The notes below the pieces were generated by a model. That model searched no databases. It was not told the origin of the DNA and saw only the letters and a program-made list of their open reading frames with translations. A stretch of DNA of 64,000 nt, from the NCBI GenBank assembly GCA_040387795.1, contig JAZKDC010000003.1, positions 97,033 through 161,032 of the forward strand, given 5' to 3'. Positions within the stretch are counted from its first letter, which is position 1; each line of letters begins with the position of its first letter. Source of the DNA: Verrucomicrobiota bacterium (GTDB lineage Bacteria; Verrucomicrobiota; Verrucomicrobiia; Verrucomicrobiales; V1-33). Below, piece by piece: positions 40,206-50,166 of this stretch. Made by a program: the position numbers and the translations under genes.

Positions 40206-40709
40206 ATGCGCCGCGCTCTCTTCCTCCTCCTTGCCCTGCTCCCGCTCCTCCCGTCCTGCCAAACCACTGCGGGCGGCCCCTTGGTCGAGGCCCGCAATCA
40301 GGCGATCCTTGCCGAACCCCGCGGCGACTTCTGGATCGGCCGCCGCTACTTCGTCGACAAAGTCCGCTTCTGGGGCTACCTGCGTCGCCCGGGCCAATTG
40401 TGGGACAACGCCCAGCTCGTGGTCATGGATGAATCCCGGATCAAAACCCCGGACCGCCTTCCCGAGATGCCGGCCGATGGCGGCCCGGCCCATGGTTTTG
40501 ATCACAACTATGAGTACCGCATTACCGGCTCCTTCAATGGCCGCAAAGTCTATGATCCCAACGCGGACATGGAACTGCCGGTTTTCTCTCCCGGCAGTTA
40601 TGAAGTCATGAACCGCACCCCCGGCTTCCTTTTCAGCCCCAACGACCGCTACAGCCCCAAATATATCCCCGCCCGCGAGGTCTCCCGCACCACCCCGGCG
40701 CGCCTCTAG
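40206..40709 (+). CDS. Hypothetical lipoprotein (paralog B)
   Basis: LLPSC lipobox-like; paralog of 39582-40097. Confidence 0.82.
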   Translation: MRRALFLLLALLPLLPSCQTTAGGPLVEARNQAILAEPRGDFWIGRRYFVDKVRFWGYLRRPGQLWDNAQLVVMDESRIKTPDRLPEMPADGGPAHGFDHNYEYRITGSFNGRKVYDPNADMELPVFSPGSYEVMNRTPGFLFSPNDRYSPKYIPAREVSRTTPARL

Positions 40710-40856
40710 CCACCCGCGCGCTTTGAATCCGGCCCCCGGCTAAGGGGAGGAATGGCCGCCCTCCCAAGGAGCTTGCGGCGCCCCTGTTCCGCTGTCAGAA
40801 TCCTGGGCACTTTTGTGATCCTGATCCTGCGGCAATGGTGGCCTCCGTCTCCTTGA

Positions 40857-42551
40857 ATGAAAGAACAAAAAGTATCGATCTCCCGCCAGACCTTCCGTCT
40901 GCTCGGACGGGCGATAATGGTTTTCATGAGGTCCCCGGTAGGAGGCCGGGCCAGGCTGCTGGGGCTTTCCCTGCTGCTGTTGATGCTTTGCATCAATGGG
41001 ATGAATGTCATCAACAGCTACGTCGGGCGTTACTTCATGTCGGCCATCGAAAGCCGGGACCACGCAGGATTTGTCCGCTACGCCTGGCTTTATGCCGGCG
41101 TGTTTGTCTGCTCCACCATCGTGGCGGTATTTTTCCGCTTTTCCGAAGAAAGGCTCGGGCTGCTCTGGCGCGATTACCTGACCCACCGCTCGGTCGGCCG
41201 ATACATCGACCAACGCATTTATCTGCACCTCGGGACCACTGCCGGAATCACCAATCCCGATCAGCGCATGAGCGAGGACATCAAGCAGCTGACCACCACG
41301 ACCTTGTCGTTTTTGCTGATGATTCTGAACGGCACCCTGACGGCGATTTCGTTCTCCGGAGTGCTCTGGGCCATCAGTCCCAAACTCTTCCTGATCGCGG
41401 TGCTTTATGCGGCGGCGGGCTCCGCCCTGACGATCCTGCTGGGACGCCCGCTCATCCGGCTGAATTACCGGCAATCCGACGTGGAGGCGGACTTCCGCTC
41501 GGAACTGATCCGGGTGCGGGAGAATGCCGAAGGGATCGCCCTCACCGGCAACGAAAGCAGAACCCGGGAGCGGCTGATGAACCGGCTGGATCAGCTCGTG
41601 GAGAATTTTGGCAGGATCATCCGGGTGAACCGGAATCTCAGCTTTTTCACCAGTGGTTATAACTACATGATCCAGCTGATCCCGATCCTGATCGTGGCCC
41701 CGCTTTTCATGCATCATGGAGCGGAGTTCGGGGTGATTGGTCAGGCGGCGATGGCGTTTGCCACCCTGCTGGGAGCCTTTTCCCTGATCGTCACCCAGTT
41801 CCAGGCCATCTCGGCTTACGCCTCGGTCACGGCTCGCCTGGGCGAATTCCTTGAGGCTTCCGAAAAAGCAGCGGTAAGGAACGAAGCTTCGTGCATCGGG
41901 TGTTCGACCATCTCCGATCATTTCGCCTACGTGGATCTGACTCTGCATTCCACCGACCCGGAGGGCACGGTGCTGTTGGATCGGCTGAACGCGTCTTTTC
42001 TTCCCGGAACCAGAGTGCTGGTCCATGGCCCCAATCCCGCCGCGAGAATGGCTCTGTTCCGGGCCTCTGCCGGACTGTACGAGGCCGGCACGGGGAATAT
42101 CGTCCGTCCTCCGGCCGGGAAGTTGGCTTTCCTGCCCGAACGGCCTTATCTGCCCCCGGGCACCTTGCGGGACCTGCTGGTTCCATCCGGAAACGACAAC
42201 CGGATGACCAATGAGGAAATTTCCGGAGTGCTCCGGGAGGTCGGGCTGGAAGCTTTAGCCAATAAACGCGATGGCTTTGAACATCCTGCAATTTGGCTGG
42301 AGCTGTTGTCCTTTGAAGATCAGCAGCGCATGTCCGTCGCCCGGGCGATCCTCGCCAGGCCCGACTTTGCCTTGCTCGATCAACTCAATTCAGCCTTGGG
42401 CGGGACAGAGCATCACCGCATCCTGAAACTGCTGGCCGCGCATGGTATCACCTGCATCTCCTTCGGTGATGATGCCCCGGATACCTCCGGCCATGACGCC
42501 TGTCTTGAACTGAATGCGGATGGTTCCTGGAAGTGGACGGATCTCCGTTAG
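40857..42551 (+). CDS. ABCD/YddA-type fused ABC transporter with degenerate NBD
   Basis: NPDQRMSEDI, EADFRSELIRVRENAE (EAA motif), FLPERPYLP; Walker A and signature altered. Confidence 0.85.
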   Translation: MKEQKVSISRQTFRLLGRAIMVFMRSPVGGRARLLGLSLLLLMLCINGMNVINSYVGRYFMSAIESRDHAGFVRYAWLYAGVFVCSTIVAVFFRFSEERLGLLWRDYLTHRSVGRYIDQRIYLHLGTTAGITNPDQRMSEDIKQLTTTTLSFLLMILNGTLTAISFSGVLWAISPKLFLIAVLYAAAGSALTILLGRPLIRLNYRQSDVEADFRSELIRVRENAEGIALTGNESRTRERLMNRLDQLVENFGRIIRVNRNLSFFTSGYNYMIQLIPILIVAPLFMHHGAEFGVIGQAAMAFATLLGAFSLIVTQFQAISAYASVTARLGEFLEASEKAAVRNEASCIGCSTISDHFAYVDLTLHSTDPEGTVLLDRLNASFLPGTRVLVHGPNPAARMALFRASAGLYEAGTGNIVRPPAGKLAFLPERPYLPPGTLRDLLVPSGNDNRMTNEEISGVLREVGLEALANKRDGFEHPAIWLELLSFEDQQRMSVARAILARPDFALLDQLNSALGGTEHHRILKLLAAHGITCISFGDDAPDTSGHDACLELNADGSWKWTDLR

Positions 42552-42747
42552 CTCCCCGCCCCCGAAAAAACATCGGCCCCGGTGCGGGCGGCTTCCCCCG
42601 GAATAACCAGTGAAGCCACGGTGATTTGACGCCGTCCAGCCATTGTGCCCGGCGCATTTCTCGTTTATAGACGCGGCCCGCCGGATCCCAGCTTCCGCTG
42701 CTACGGCGGGTTTTTCGATTCAAGAACCGATCCCCAACCACATTCCC

Positions 42748-43227
42748 ATGGACGCATTGCTCGACCTGCTCACCAAGGACTCCCGGCTCAGCCCGGAAGA
42801 CCTCGCCGCCCGCCTGAATCTCACGCCGGCAGAAGTGAAGGCCAAAACCGCCGCGTGGGAAGCAGATGGCACCATCCTTGGTTATCAGGCCGTGGTGGAC
42901 CCGGAGAAAACGGACCAGGGCGGAGTGACGGCCCTGATCGAGGTGCGGCTGACCCCGGAACGCGGAGGTGGTTTCGACCGGCTGGCGGAACGCGTGGCCA
43001 AGTTCGACCAGGTGACCACCTGCTGGCTGATGAGCGGCGGGTATGACCTCGCGGTGGTGGTACAGGCCGGCAGCCTCCAGGAGGTCGCCCGGTTTGTCGC
43101 GGAGAAGCTCAGCACCCTGGGCGGCGTCCTCAGCACGGTGACGCACTTCCAACTGAAAATCTATAAACAGAACGGCTTCCTCTCGGCCCCCACGCCGGAC
43201 GGCTCCCGACTGCCGATCACGCCATGA
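42748..43227 (+). CDS. Lrp/AsnC family transcriptional regulator
   Basis: HTH N-terminus, ILGYQAVVD, LMSGGYDL; ATGA overlap with the aminotransferase (AlaR-AlaT-like pair). Confidence 0.9.
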   Translation: MDALLDLLTKDSRLSPEDLAARLNLTPAEVKAKTAAWEADGTILGYQAVVDPEKTDQGGVTALIEVRLTPERGGGFDRLAERVAKFDQVTTCWLMSGGYDLAVVVQAGSLQEVARFVAEKLSTLGGVLSTVTHFQLKIYKQNGFLSAPTPDGSRLPITP

Positions 43228-44435
43228 AGTCTCCCTCCGATTCCCCTGACAACCTTTCCCCCAGCGTGAAAAGTAAAATCTCCGACCGCATCCAGGCGAT
43301 TCCCCGCTCCGGCATCCGCGAATTCTTCGAACTGGTCCTCAACGCCGGCGATGTGATTTCGCTGGGCGTGGGCGAACCTGACTTCTCCACTCCCTGGCAT
43401 ATCCGGGAAGCCGCGATCTACTCCCTGGAAAAAGGCCAAACCTCCTACACCAGCAACCTCGGCCTGCTGGAGCTGCGCAAAAGCATCACCAAGTATGTCG
43501 CGAAAAAATTCCACGTGGACTACGATCCTGCCAAGGAGGTCATCGTCACCGTGGGCGTTTCCGAAGCCTTGGACCTGGCGTTCCGCGCCCTGCTGAATCC
43601 GGGCGAGGAGGTCATCTACCATGAACCCTGCTACGTGAGTTATAGCCCTACCATCTACATGGCCTACGGGGTACCAGTAGTCGTGGAAACCAAGGCGGAA
43701 GACGACTTTGCCCTGCGTGCTGTCGATGTGGAGAAATGCATCACGGCGAAAACGAAGGTGATCATGCTGAACTTCCCTACCAATCCCACCGGAGCCGTGA
43801 TGGATCCGAAGGAATTGCAGGGCATCGCCGACCTCGCCATCAAACATGACCTCATCGTCATCACCGACGAGATTTACAGCGAACTGCTCTATGATGACCG
43901 CACCCATCCCAGCATCGCCGCCCTGCCCGGCATGAAGGAGCGCACCATCCTGATGCACGGCTTCAGCAAGGCTTTCGCCATGACCGGATTCCGTCTCGGC
44001 TACGCCTGCGCCCCACCGGAGTTGACGGAAGCGATGATGAAGATCCACCAATACTCCATGCTCTGCGCCGGGATCACGGCCCAGGTCGCCGCCATCGAAG
44101 CGCTCGAACACGGCGCCGCTCCCATGGAGGAAATGCGCAAGGCCTACTGGCGCCGGAGGAATCTGGTCGTGAGCAAACTCAATGGAGCCGGCCTGAAGAC
44201 CTTCCTCCCCGGCGGAGCCTTCTACGCCTTCCCGGACATCCGCAGCACCGGCATGACCAGCCGGGAATTCGCCACCCGCCTTCTCGAAGAGGAAAAAGTC
44301 GCCGTGGTGCCCGGCACCGCCTTCGGCAAAGCCGGTGAAGGATTTGTCAGAGCCTGCTACGCCACCGACGAGAAGCAGCTCGCCATTGCCCTCGACCGCA
44401 TCGCGGACTTCGCGCAGCGGCACCGGAAAAGTTAG
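43224..44435 (+). CDS. PLP-dependent aminotransferase class I/II
   Basis: LGVGEPDF, NPTG, DEIY, SKAFAMTGFRLG. Confidence 0.93.
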   Translation: MKSPSDSPDNLSPSVKSKISDRIQAIPRSGIREFFELVLNAGDVISLGVGEPDFSTPWHIREAAIYSLEKGQTSYTSNLGLLELRKSITKYVAKKFHVDYDPAKEVIVTVGVSEALDLAFRALLNPGEEVIYHEPCYVSYSPTIYMAYGVPVVVETKAEDDFALRAVDVEKCITAKTKVIMLNFPTNPTGAVMDPKELQGIADLAIKHDLIVITDEIYSELLYDDRTHPSIAALPGMKERTILMHGFSKAFAMTGFRLGYACAPPELTEAMMKIHQYSMLCAGITAQVAAIEALEHGAAPMEEMRKAYWRRRNLVVSKLNGAGLKTFLPGGAFYAFPDIRSTGMTSREFATRLLEEEKVAVVPGTAFGKAGEGFVRACYATDEKQLAIALDRIADFAQRHRKS

Positions 44436-44642
44436 TCTCCACCTCAAGCAGCCTCCCCGGGGTGGACGAAGCTTCCGCTGCGTTTCTCTGGATCATCCGT
44501 TTCACTCCGAGTCGGATACCTTCTGCAATCGCTGCTAAAGGACGGGCGCGTCCTAACGCAGTGACCCCAGAGGTTGGCCGAACCTAAGCAAAGCGGAGAT
44601 AGGCCATCTCATACGGGGTAACTTCAGCGGCAACTGCGAAGC

Positions 44643-47435
44643 TCATTTAATCTCTGGCTTCTTATGGCGTAATCGTCTGGGGTTTTGCTTGAGGGTAAGT
44701 TTTTGTTTTACAAGGATCCCATTCGAAGAATGCTGGCGCAGGAATTCCCGGCGTTGCAGCAGCTCCTTCAGCCAATGGATCAGATCATGATGTTGCTTTT
44801 CACCAAGGTCCCAAGCAGCAGGAGGGCCAATGACAAAACGGTCGTAGAACTCCTGAAGGACGTCGCCACGCATGTCGTGGGACCAGCTTTTCCAGCTGAA
44901 TGACTCCTTAAGCCACTCGTCGTCGACCGCATAATTAGCACAACCCCACAGAACTGGCCCGAAGTGATGGTCCCCCGAGCGAATGCTATCGCCATCTTGC
45001 GCTGTCCTGCTCCCATCGCTCCACCCGCCTATTAACAGTAGCGCCAACCGACTCTTGCCCTCAGGAAACCGCTGGAGCCACTCGACAATTCGGAGGGAAT
45101 TGGTTTGGGAATGAAGATAACCGCCAACATAATGAAAAAATGTGTGGAGCATAAGTTGGGGCTTCGGCACGCGAATGAGCAGATCGCACACATCGAGCGT
45201 CAGCTTCGAATCGGTTCCTCCCAGTGCCCACAATATGGAAATCGTCAAGAAACTTTGATGGCAGGGCGTTGCTATATCGATTGCTTCGGGCGGGATTACG
45301 CCCTCGCGCAATAGCTTCGAAAAGACGTTTACACCGTGTAAATCAGATAAACCTCGAAGCCTCATCGAGTCGACGCCATTCTCTGAATAGTAAGCCTCGG
45401 GAACAGTCCCTGAAATGCTCAATGAATTCGAGTTCCCTTCTTTGGGTGCCCACGAGCCACTCAATAGCTTCATCGCCAATTTCTTCCGAACGTCGTGCTC
45501 AAGTCGCTCCCCTTGATCTCCCAGCAGAGCAAGCGCAAGCAAAGGGCCGTCATCCCCGTTCTCTTCAGCCAGTTCGAAGGAAAACTTCTCCAATTCCAGC
45601 GGCGTAGTCTTGCCCGCCCAGAAAAACAACACCGCAGTCCATGTGTCCTCGTGCCGATGGTCCCAGAGTTCCTTGCGATCCAACCGTGTGCCATTGGGCA
45701 AAAACGTGGTGCCATTGCAGATCAACTCGGCGACCAAAAACTCGCCGATCGTCTTATGCATGAATGACCAGGCTCCAGGACCTTGAATCAAACCAGTTCG
45801 CTCACACAGCGCGGGCAGCAGACAGTCGGTTGTTTCGTCGAACTTGAACTTTTCAAGCGCTTCGGTAACAAGTCGTCGCATCGTATCGTCATTCACCTCA
45901 TTCAGGCCATTCCAATGGAAGTGCAGCGAAATGTGGGCGAGCACTCGACGCTTTTGTTTGTCAGTTAGCTTCGTAGCGCGGGCTTCAATGCCCAGTCCTG
46001 AATCACGCAAACCGAGCATGGCAGCAATGTAGCGCTCGTAGAGGTCCACTCGACCACTCGGGAGTTTCTTGTCCCTATGGTGCACAAATAGCAGTGTACC
46101 CAACATCAGCGGGGTGTCGGCCAACGGCTTGAGGCTGGGGTCCTTAAAGAACGTCCGTGCTAACGCCTTCGCGTCCACTTTTCGCTCGGAGGGTGACAGT
46201 TCGCCTTCGGGCAAATGCCGATGCCAGCGCTGGATGAAGTCCACAATTCTCGATTCATCAAACGGCCGGAGGTCCCACTGCTGCCACGGCCCCGGCAGCG
46301 CTTCCAGATGCCCGCTTTGTAATGGACGCGACGTAACGATGATGCTGCTCTGCCTCGCGGAAGCACCGAGGTCCTTAATCCACTTCTCCACGCCATCGCG
46401 CCTAGCCTCGGGAACTTCGTCGAAGCCATCGAGAATAACGACGAGCTTTCCCGCTTCATGCCAGCCACGTAGTAGCTCATCGGTGAGCGCATTTCCTAGG
46501 TGCACGCCTGCCTGTTTCTTCACTAAGTCAAGCAATGAATGCGATTCAATATTGGTTTCGCCACGCAGTCGAATGAGGACAGCGAGGCGGCTGCCCGAGG
46601 CCTGAAGCAAGCATGATTGCAACCATAACGCACACGTAGTCTTACCCACGCCTGCCCCTCCGTGTACGACGTTTCTGGCTCCAGGCATGCAAAGCCGGTG
46701 CAGAATCCATTCTTGTTGGCCTACCGGTTTTGCATTTTGCTTCCGCTCGCGAAACTGAGGAACGACGAAGTGATCCGACAACGAACCGAAGAGACTGCGC
46801 TCTGCACGTAAAGGCGAAAGGTCAAGCCGCAGTAGAAGGTTGTTGAGCAGGGTCTGGGCGAACTCGCGAAGGAGTCCGTCGGCCTTCTTTTCTTTAGCGC
46901 CCTGCATTGCTTCTACGACGGAACCCGGTAGGGCCGTGACCTTTGCACTCATCCCGCTGATCTCGTCAGCTAGATGGCTTAGTCTGCGGAACCCCTCGCG
47001 GTAGCCTTCGGCCTGCCACTCGGCGAGTGCAACTCGTGATCCGGCGAGAAAGTGTGCGATCTGCGGGAACAGCACCGTATAAAATTGCTCCATTCCCTCA
47101 TGCCTGATAGCTTCGGGAAGTTCGCCTTTCGGATGGCACTGATCGAAGAGCTTTTTTCCATCGAGATCACCTGCAAAGAACTTCTGCGGTTCGTTGGCCA
47201 GAGGCTGCAATTTGTCGCAAAGGCAGGTAATGAGGATTTCCTTCTTGGAATCATCGGCTTTTTCCGCACGCAGGTATTCGTCGGTTTGCTCGACGATGCG
47301 ATCTACGGCGTCCTCGACGAGGCGCTTCATTTTCCGCTGCAGGAAAATACCTTTCACTTTATCTCCGAGGATCTTGTTGCCCAGGGACGTAACGACACCA
47401 CTCACCTTGTCGGCAGCAAATAATAAAAAGCTCAT
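44643..47435 (-). CDS. NACHT (STAND) NTPase, NLR-like protein
   Basis: Walker A GGAGVGKT, Walker B LVVILDGFDE, IVTSRP, TPLML, FMHKTIGEFL; low GC. Confidence 0.88.
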   Translation of the reverse strand: MSFLLFAADKVSGVVTSLGNKILGDKVKGIFLQRKMKRLVEDAVDRIVEQTDEYLRAEKADDSKKEILITCLCDKLQPLANEPQKFFAGDLDGKKLFDQCHPKGELPEAIRHEGMEQFYTVLFPQIAHFLAGSRVALAEWQAEGYREGFRRLSHLADEISGMSAKVTALPGSVVEAMQGAKEKKADGLLREFAQTLLNNLLLRLDLSPLRAERSLFGSLSDHFVVPQFRERKQNAKPVGQQEWILHRLCMPGARNVVHGGAGVGKTTCALWLQSCLLQASGSRLAVLIRLRGETNIESHSLLDLVKKQAGVHLGNALTDELLRGWHEAGKLVVILDGFDEVPEARRDGVEKWIKDLGASARQSSIIVTSRPLQSGHLEALPGPWQQWDLRPFDESRIVDFIQRWHRHLPEGELSPSERKVDAKALARTFFKDPSLKPLADTPLMLGTLLFVHHRDKKLPSGRVDLYERYIAAMLGLRDSGLGIEARATKLTDKQKRRVLAHISLHFHWNGLNEVNDDTMRRLVTEALEKFKFDETTDCLLPALCERTGLIQGPGAWSFMHKTIGEFLVAELICNGTTFLPNGTRLDRKELWDHRHEDTWTAVLFFWAGKTTPLELEKFSFELAEENGDDGPLLALALLGDQGERLEHDVRKKLAMKLLSGSWAPKEGNSNSLSISGTVPEAYYSENGVDSMRLRGLSDLHGVNVFSKLLREGVIPPEAIDIATPCHQSFLTISILWALGGTDSKLTLDVCDLLIRVPKPQLMLHTFFHYVGGYLHSQTNSLRIVEWLQRFPEGKSRLALLLIGGWSDGSRTAQDGDSIRSGDHHFGPVLWGCANYAVDDEWLKESFSWKSWSHDMRGDVLQEFYDRFVIGPPAAWDLGEKQHHDLIHWLKELLQRREFLRQHSSNGILVKQKLTLKQNPRRLRHKKPEIK

Positions 47436-47588
47436 ACGGGCAGGCTACAGATGGAGTGATTCATGACAACCTTAGATCATCAAGGGCCTCAATCTCGTCC
47501 AATCCCACGTGGCAGAAGCCGGAGATATCCCGCCTGCACCTGCCACATTCCGGGATGACATCCGGCGCGGGCGGGTTAAGGAGCGGGC

Positions 47589-48389
47589 GTGAGTTCTGAT
47601 TCTCCAGCCTCCTCCTCCAGCCGCACGCGGTCCCTGCCGCCACCGACCATCACGCACACGGCACCATTCCTCGTGTTCATGGGTTTCCTCGCCCTGAAGG
47701 GATTGTTCAAGGAACCTGGCCAATACCCGCCGGGCACCCCTTGGTACTTCACCCATGCCGACCAGTGGATTTATCCGCTGCAGACCCTGACGTGTCTGGC
47801 CCTCATTGCATGGTGGTGGCCGGCCTATCCCATCCACCGGATCAAGCTGTCCACCGCCCTCTTCGCCATCGCAGTGGGCGCGGCAGGCATCGCCTTGTGG
47901 ATTCTGCCCTCCGTGCTGCATGACCGGTGGAATGTCGCCTCGTGGGCCGCGCCCTCCTGGTGGAAATGGAAGTGGCTGGGCCTGGAGTCGCGCGGAGGCG
48001 AGGGTTTCAATCCAATGATCTGGCGGGATCAACCGGCGGTCTTTTACGGCACGGTATTCATGCGTTTTGTGCGGATGACGATCGCCGTGCCGATCCTTGA
48101 GGAGTTATTTTGGAGGAGTTTTCTCTGGCGCACCATCGCTGAACCCTATCGGGATTTCTGGCTCGCCCCCATCGGCCAATGGAGCGCCCGCGCCCTCGCC
48201 GCCACCGTGCCGCTGTTTGCCTTGGCCCATCAACCCTCCGACTGGCTCGGAGCCATCATTTGGGCGCTGCTGATCAGCTGGGTGCTGGTGCGGACCAAAA
48301 GCCTGACGGCGTGCATCCTCGTCCACGCCACGTCCAATCTGTTGCTCGGTTGGTATGTCATGCAGACGCAGCAGTGGGGCTTCTGGTGA
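47589..48389 (+). CDS. CAAX prenyl protease-related (CPBP) intramembrane metalloprotease, exosortase/PEP-CTERM-associated type
   Basis: EELFWR, FALAH and HATSN motifs; multiple TM segments. Confidence 0.85.
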   Translation: MSSDSPASSSSRTRSLPPPTITHTAPFLVFMGFLALKGLFKEPGQYPPGTPWYFTHADQWIYPLQTLTCLALIAWWWPAYPIHRIKLSTALFAIAVGAAGIALWILPSVLHDRWNVASWAAPSWWKWKWLGLESRGGEGFNPMIWRDQPAVFYGTVFMRFVRMTIAVPILEELFWRSFLWRTIAEPYRDFWLAPIGQWSARALAATVPLFALAHQPSDWLGAIIWALLISWVLVRTKSLTACILVHATSNLLLGWYVMQTQQWGFW

Positions 48390-48525
48390 ACCCTTCCTGG
48401 TCCGGCCCGCGTTTTTCCGGGGGCGGGGCACCGGCGGAACTCCCTTTCCACGCACTTTCCTGATTTGATCTTCCTGCCCTTTGCGGCCTTTTGTTCCTCC
48501 AGTTTTACCCCTTTGTGATTTGAAT

Positions 48526-49317
48526 ATGCCTTCCCCTACCTTGCTCGACCGCATGGAGCGCCGTTTTGACCGCCTCGCCATCCCCGGTCTCCTTCGTGTC
48601 ATCGCCAGTTTTCAGGTCATTTGTTTCCTGCTGATTTACGCCAAGCCAGGATTTGCCAGTCAGCTGATGCTGACTCCCGCCGCATTGACGGAGTGGGAGG
48701 TTTGGCGGTTCTTCACATTTTGCTTCATCCCGAATACCCTGAGCCTGATCTGGATCTTTTTCGCGGTGATGCTCCTGCTTTTGATCGGTGATCAGTTGGA
48801 GGCGGAATGGGGCAAATTCCGGCTCAACCTGTATTATTTCAGTTCTGTCGCCTGCCTCTGGGCCGGAGTGCTGCTGGCTGGGCCGTTGGGAGCAGCAGTG
48901 GGGCTGCAGGCCAGTACGCTGTTGTATTCCAGCCTCTTTCTTGCCTTTGCCACCGTCGTGCCGAATTACACTTTCCTGATTTTTTTCATCCTGCCGGTGA
49001 AGGTGAAGTGGCTGGCGCTGCTGACGGGCGCAGGCCTGCTCTATGAATTCCTTGCGGTGCCCGCCATGCGGCTCCCGCTGCTGCTGGCCTTCGTTCCTTA
49101 CGCCTGTTTTGCCCTCCCCATCGCGTGGCGCCGTTGGCGGCATGGGGTGCGGGTCTCCTCCCGCCGGGCGGAGTATGAATCAGGCAAACTGCCGGCAGAT
49201 GCCGCTTTTCACCTTTGCCGGACCTGCGGCCGGACGGAAATGTCTGATCCAACCCTGGAATTCCGCATTGCCGCGGATGGCGAGGAATACTGTCAGGAGC
49301 ACCTGCCGGAAGGCTGA
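48526..49317 (+). CDS. Rhomboid-like membrane protein with C-terminal Cys/His finger
   Basis: EVWRFFT, LEAEWG, LPVKVKW; CRTC...YCQEH at the C-terminus. Confidence 0.7.
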   Translation: MPSPTLLDRMERRFDRLAIPGLLRVIASFQVICFLLIYAKPGFASQLMLTPAALTEWEVWRFFTFCFIPNTLSLIWIFFAVMLLLLIGDQLEAEWGKFRLNLYYFSSVACLWAGVLLAGPLGAAVGLQASTLLYSSLFLAFATVVPNYTFLIFFILPVKVKWLALLTGAGLLYEFLAVPAMRLPLLLAFVPYACFALPIAWRRWRHGVRVSSRRAEYESGKLPADAAFHLCRTCGRTEMSDPTLEFRIAADGEEYCQEHLPEG

Positions 49318-49359
49318 ACATCCACAGTGCAGGCCATGGGCCGCACTTCATCGTGGGAT

Positions 49360-50157
49360 CTACGTCATGGGGAGCGTCAGCCGTTCCCGTGGAGTCAGGA
49401 TTTCCGGTCCATCGGCGGTGATGAGAATGGTGTGCTCAAAGTGGGAACTGGGTTTGCCATCCCTCGTTACGGCTGTCCAGCGATCCGCCAGGACATCCAC
49501 TTCGGAAGTGCCCATATTCACCATCGGTTCGATGGCGATGACCATGCCAGGCTCCAACCGTGTTTTGATTCTCCCGGAATCGTAATTGGGGACTTCCGGT
49601 TTTTCATGCAGCTTGCGGCCCAATCCGTGGCCCACAAATTGTTTCACCACCGTAAAACCGAACCGCTGCACCAATGCTTCAACACTGCCACAAACTTTGC
49701 GCAGCATTTCTCCCGGCTGGGCCAGGCTGATGGCGGTATGCAGCGACTCTTCGGTCGCTCTTAATAGCTGATGGACTTCTGGAAGGATGGCGCCCACCGG
49801 AACACTGGTCGCATTGTCGCCAATCCAGCCATTTTTGACTACGCCGACATCAATTTTAACGATGTCACCGTTTTGAATGATCCGTCTCGCCCGGCCAATG
49901 CCGTGCACGACTTCCTCATTCAGGGAAATGCAGATTTGGCCTGGATACCCTTTGTAGTTGAGAAAGGCACTCCGGCAGCCGGCATCGGCCATGAACTGCG
50001 CGGCTGCGGCATCGATCTCGCCCGTGCTGATGCCGGGACGGACCAAGGCGACCGTCTGCTGGAGCACTTTGGCGGCCGTGTGACCGGCCTCCCTCAGTCC
50101 GTCGATCTCCGCGCCTTTGCGCAGGGGGATCCCGGTTTGTCCATTGCTCCGCTTCAT
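49360..50157 (-). CDS. map: Methionine aminopeptidase type I
   Basis: NEEVVHGI, DVG, GHGLG, AIEPM, HFEHT. Confidence 0.95.
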   Translation of the reverse strand: MKRSNGQTGIPLRKGAEIDGLREAGHTAAKVLQQTVALVRPGISTGEIDAAAAQFMADAGCRSAFLNYKGYPGQICISLNEEVVHGIGRARRIIQNGDIVKIDVGVVKNGWIGDNATSVPVGAILPEVHQLLRATEESLHTAISLAQPGEMLRKVCGSVEALVQRFGFTVVKQFVGHGLGRKLHEKPEVPNYDSGRIKTRLEPGMVIAIEPMVNMGTSEVDVLADRWTAVTRDGKPSSHFEHTILITADGPEILTPRERLTLPMT

Positions 50158-50166
50158 GTAAATGAT

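Noticed and set aside
44540-44590. Possible integron attC site downstream of the NACHT gene (GGCCAAC...GTTAGGA on the minus strand)
   Set aside because: The core sites do not match RYYYAAC/GTTRRRY, the spacing is far too short, and no integrase is present.
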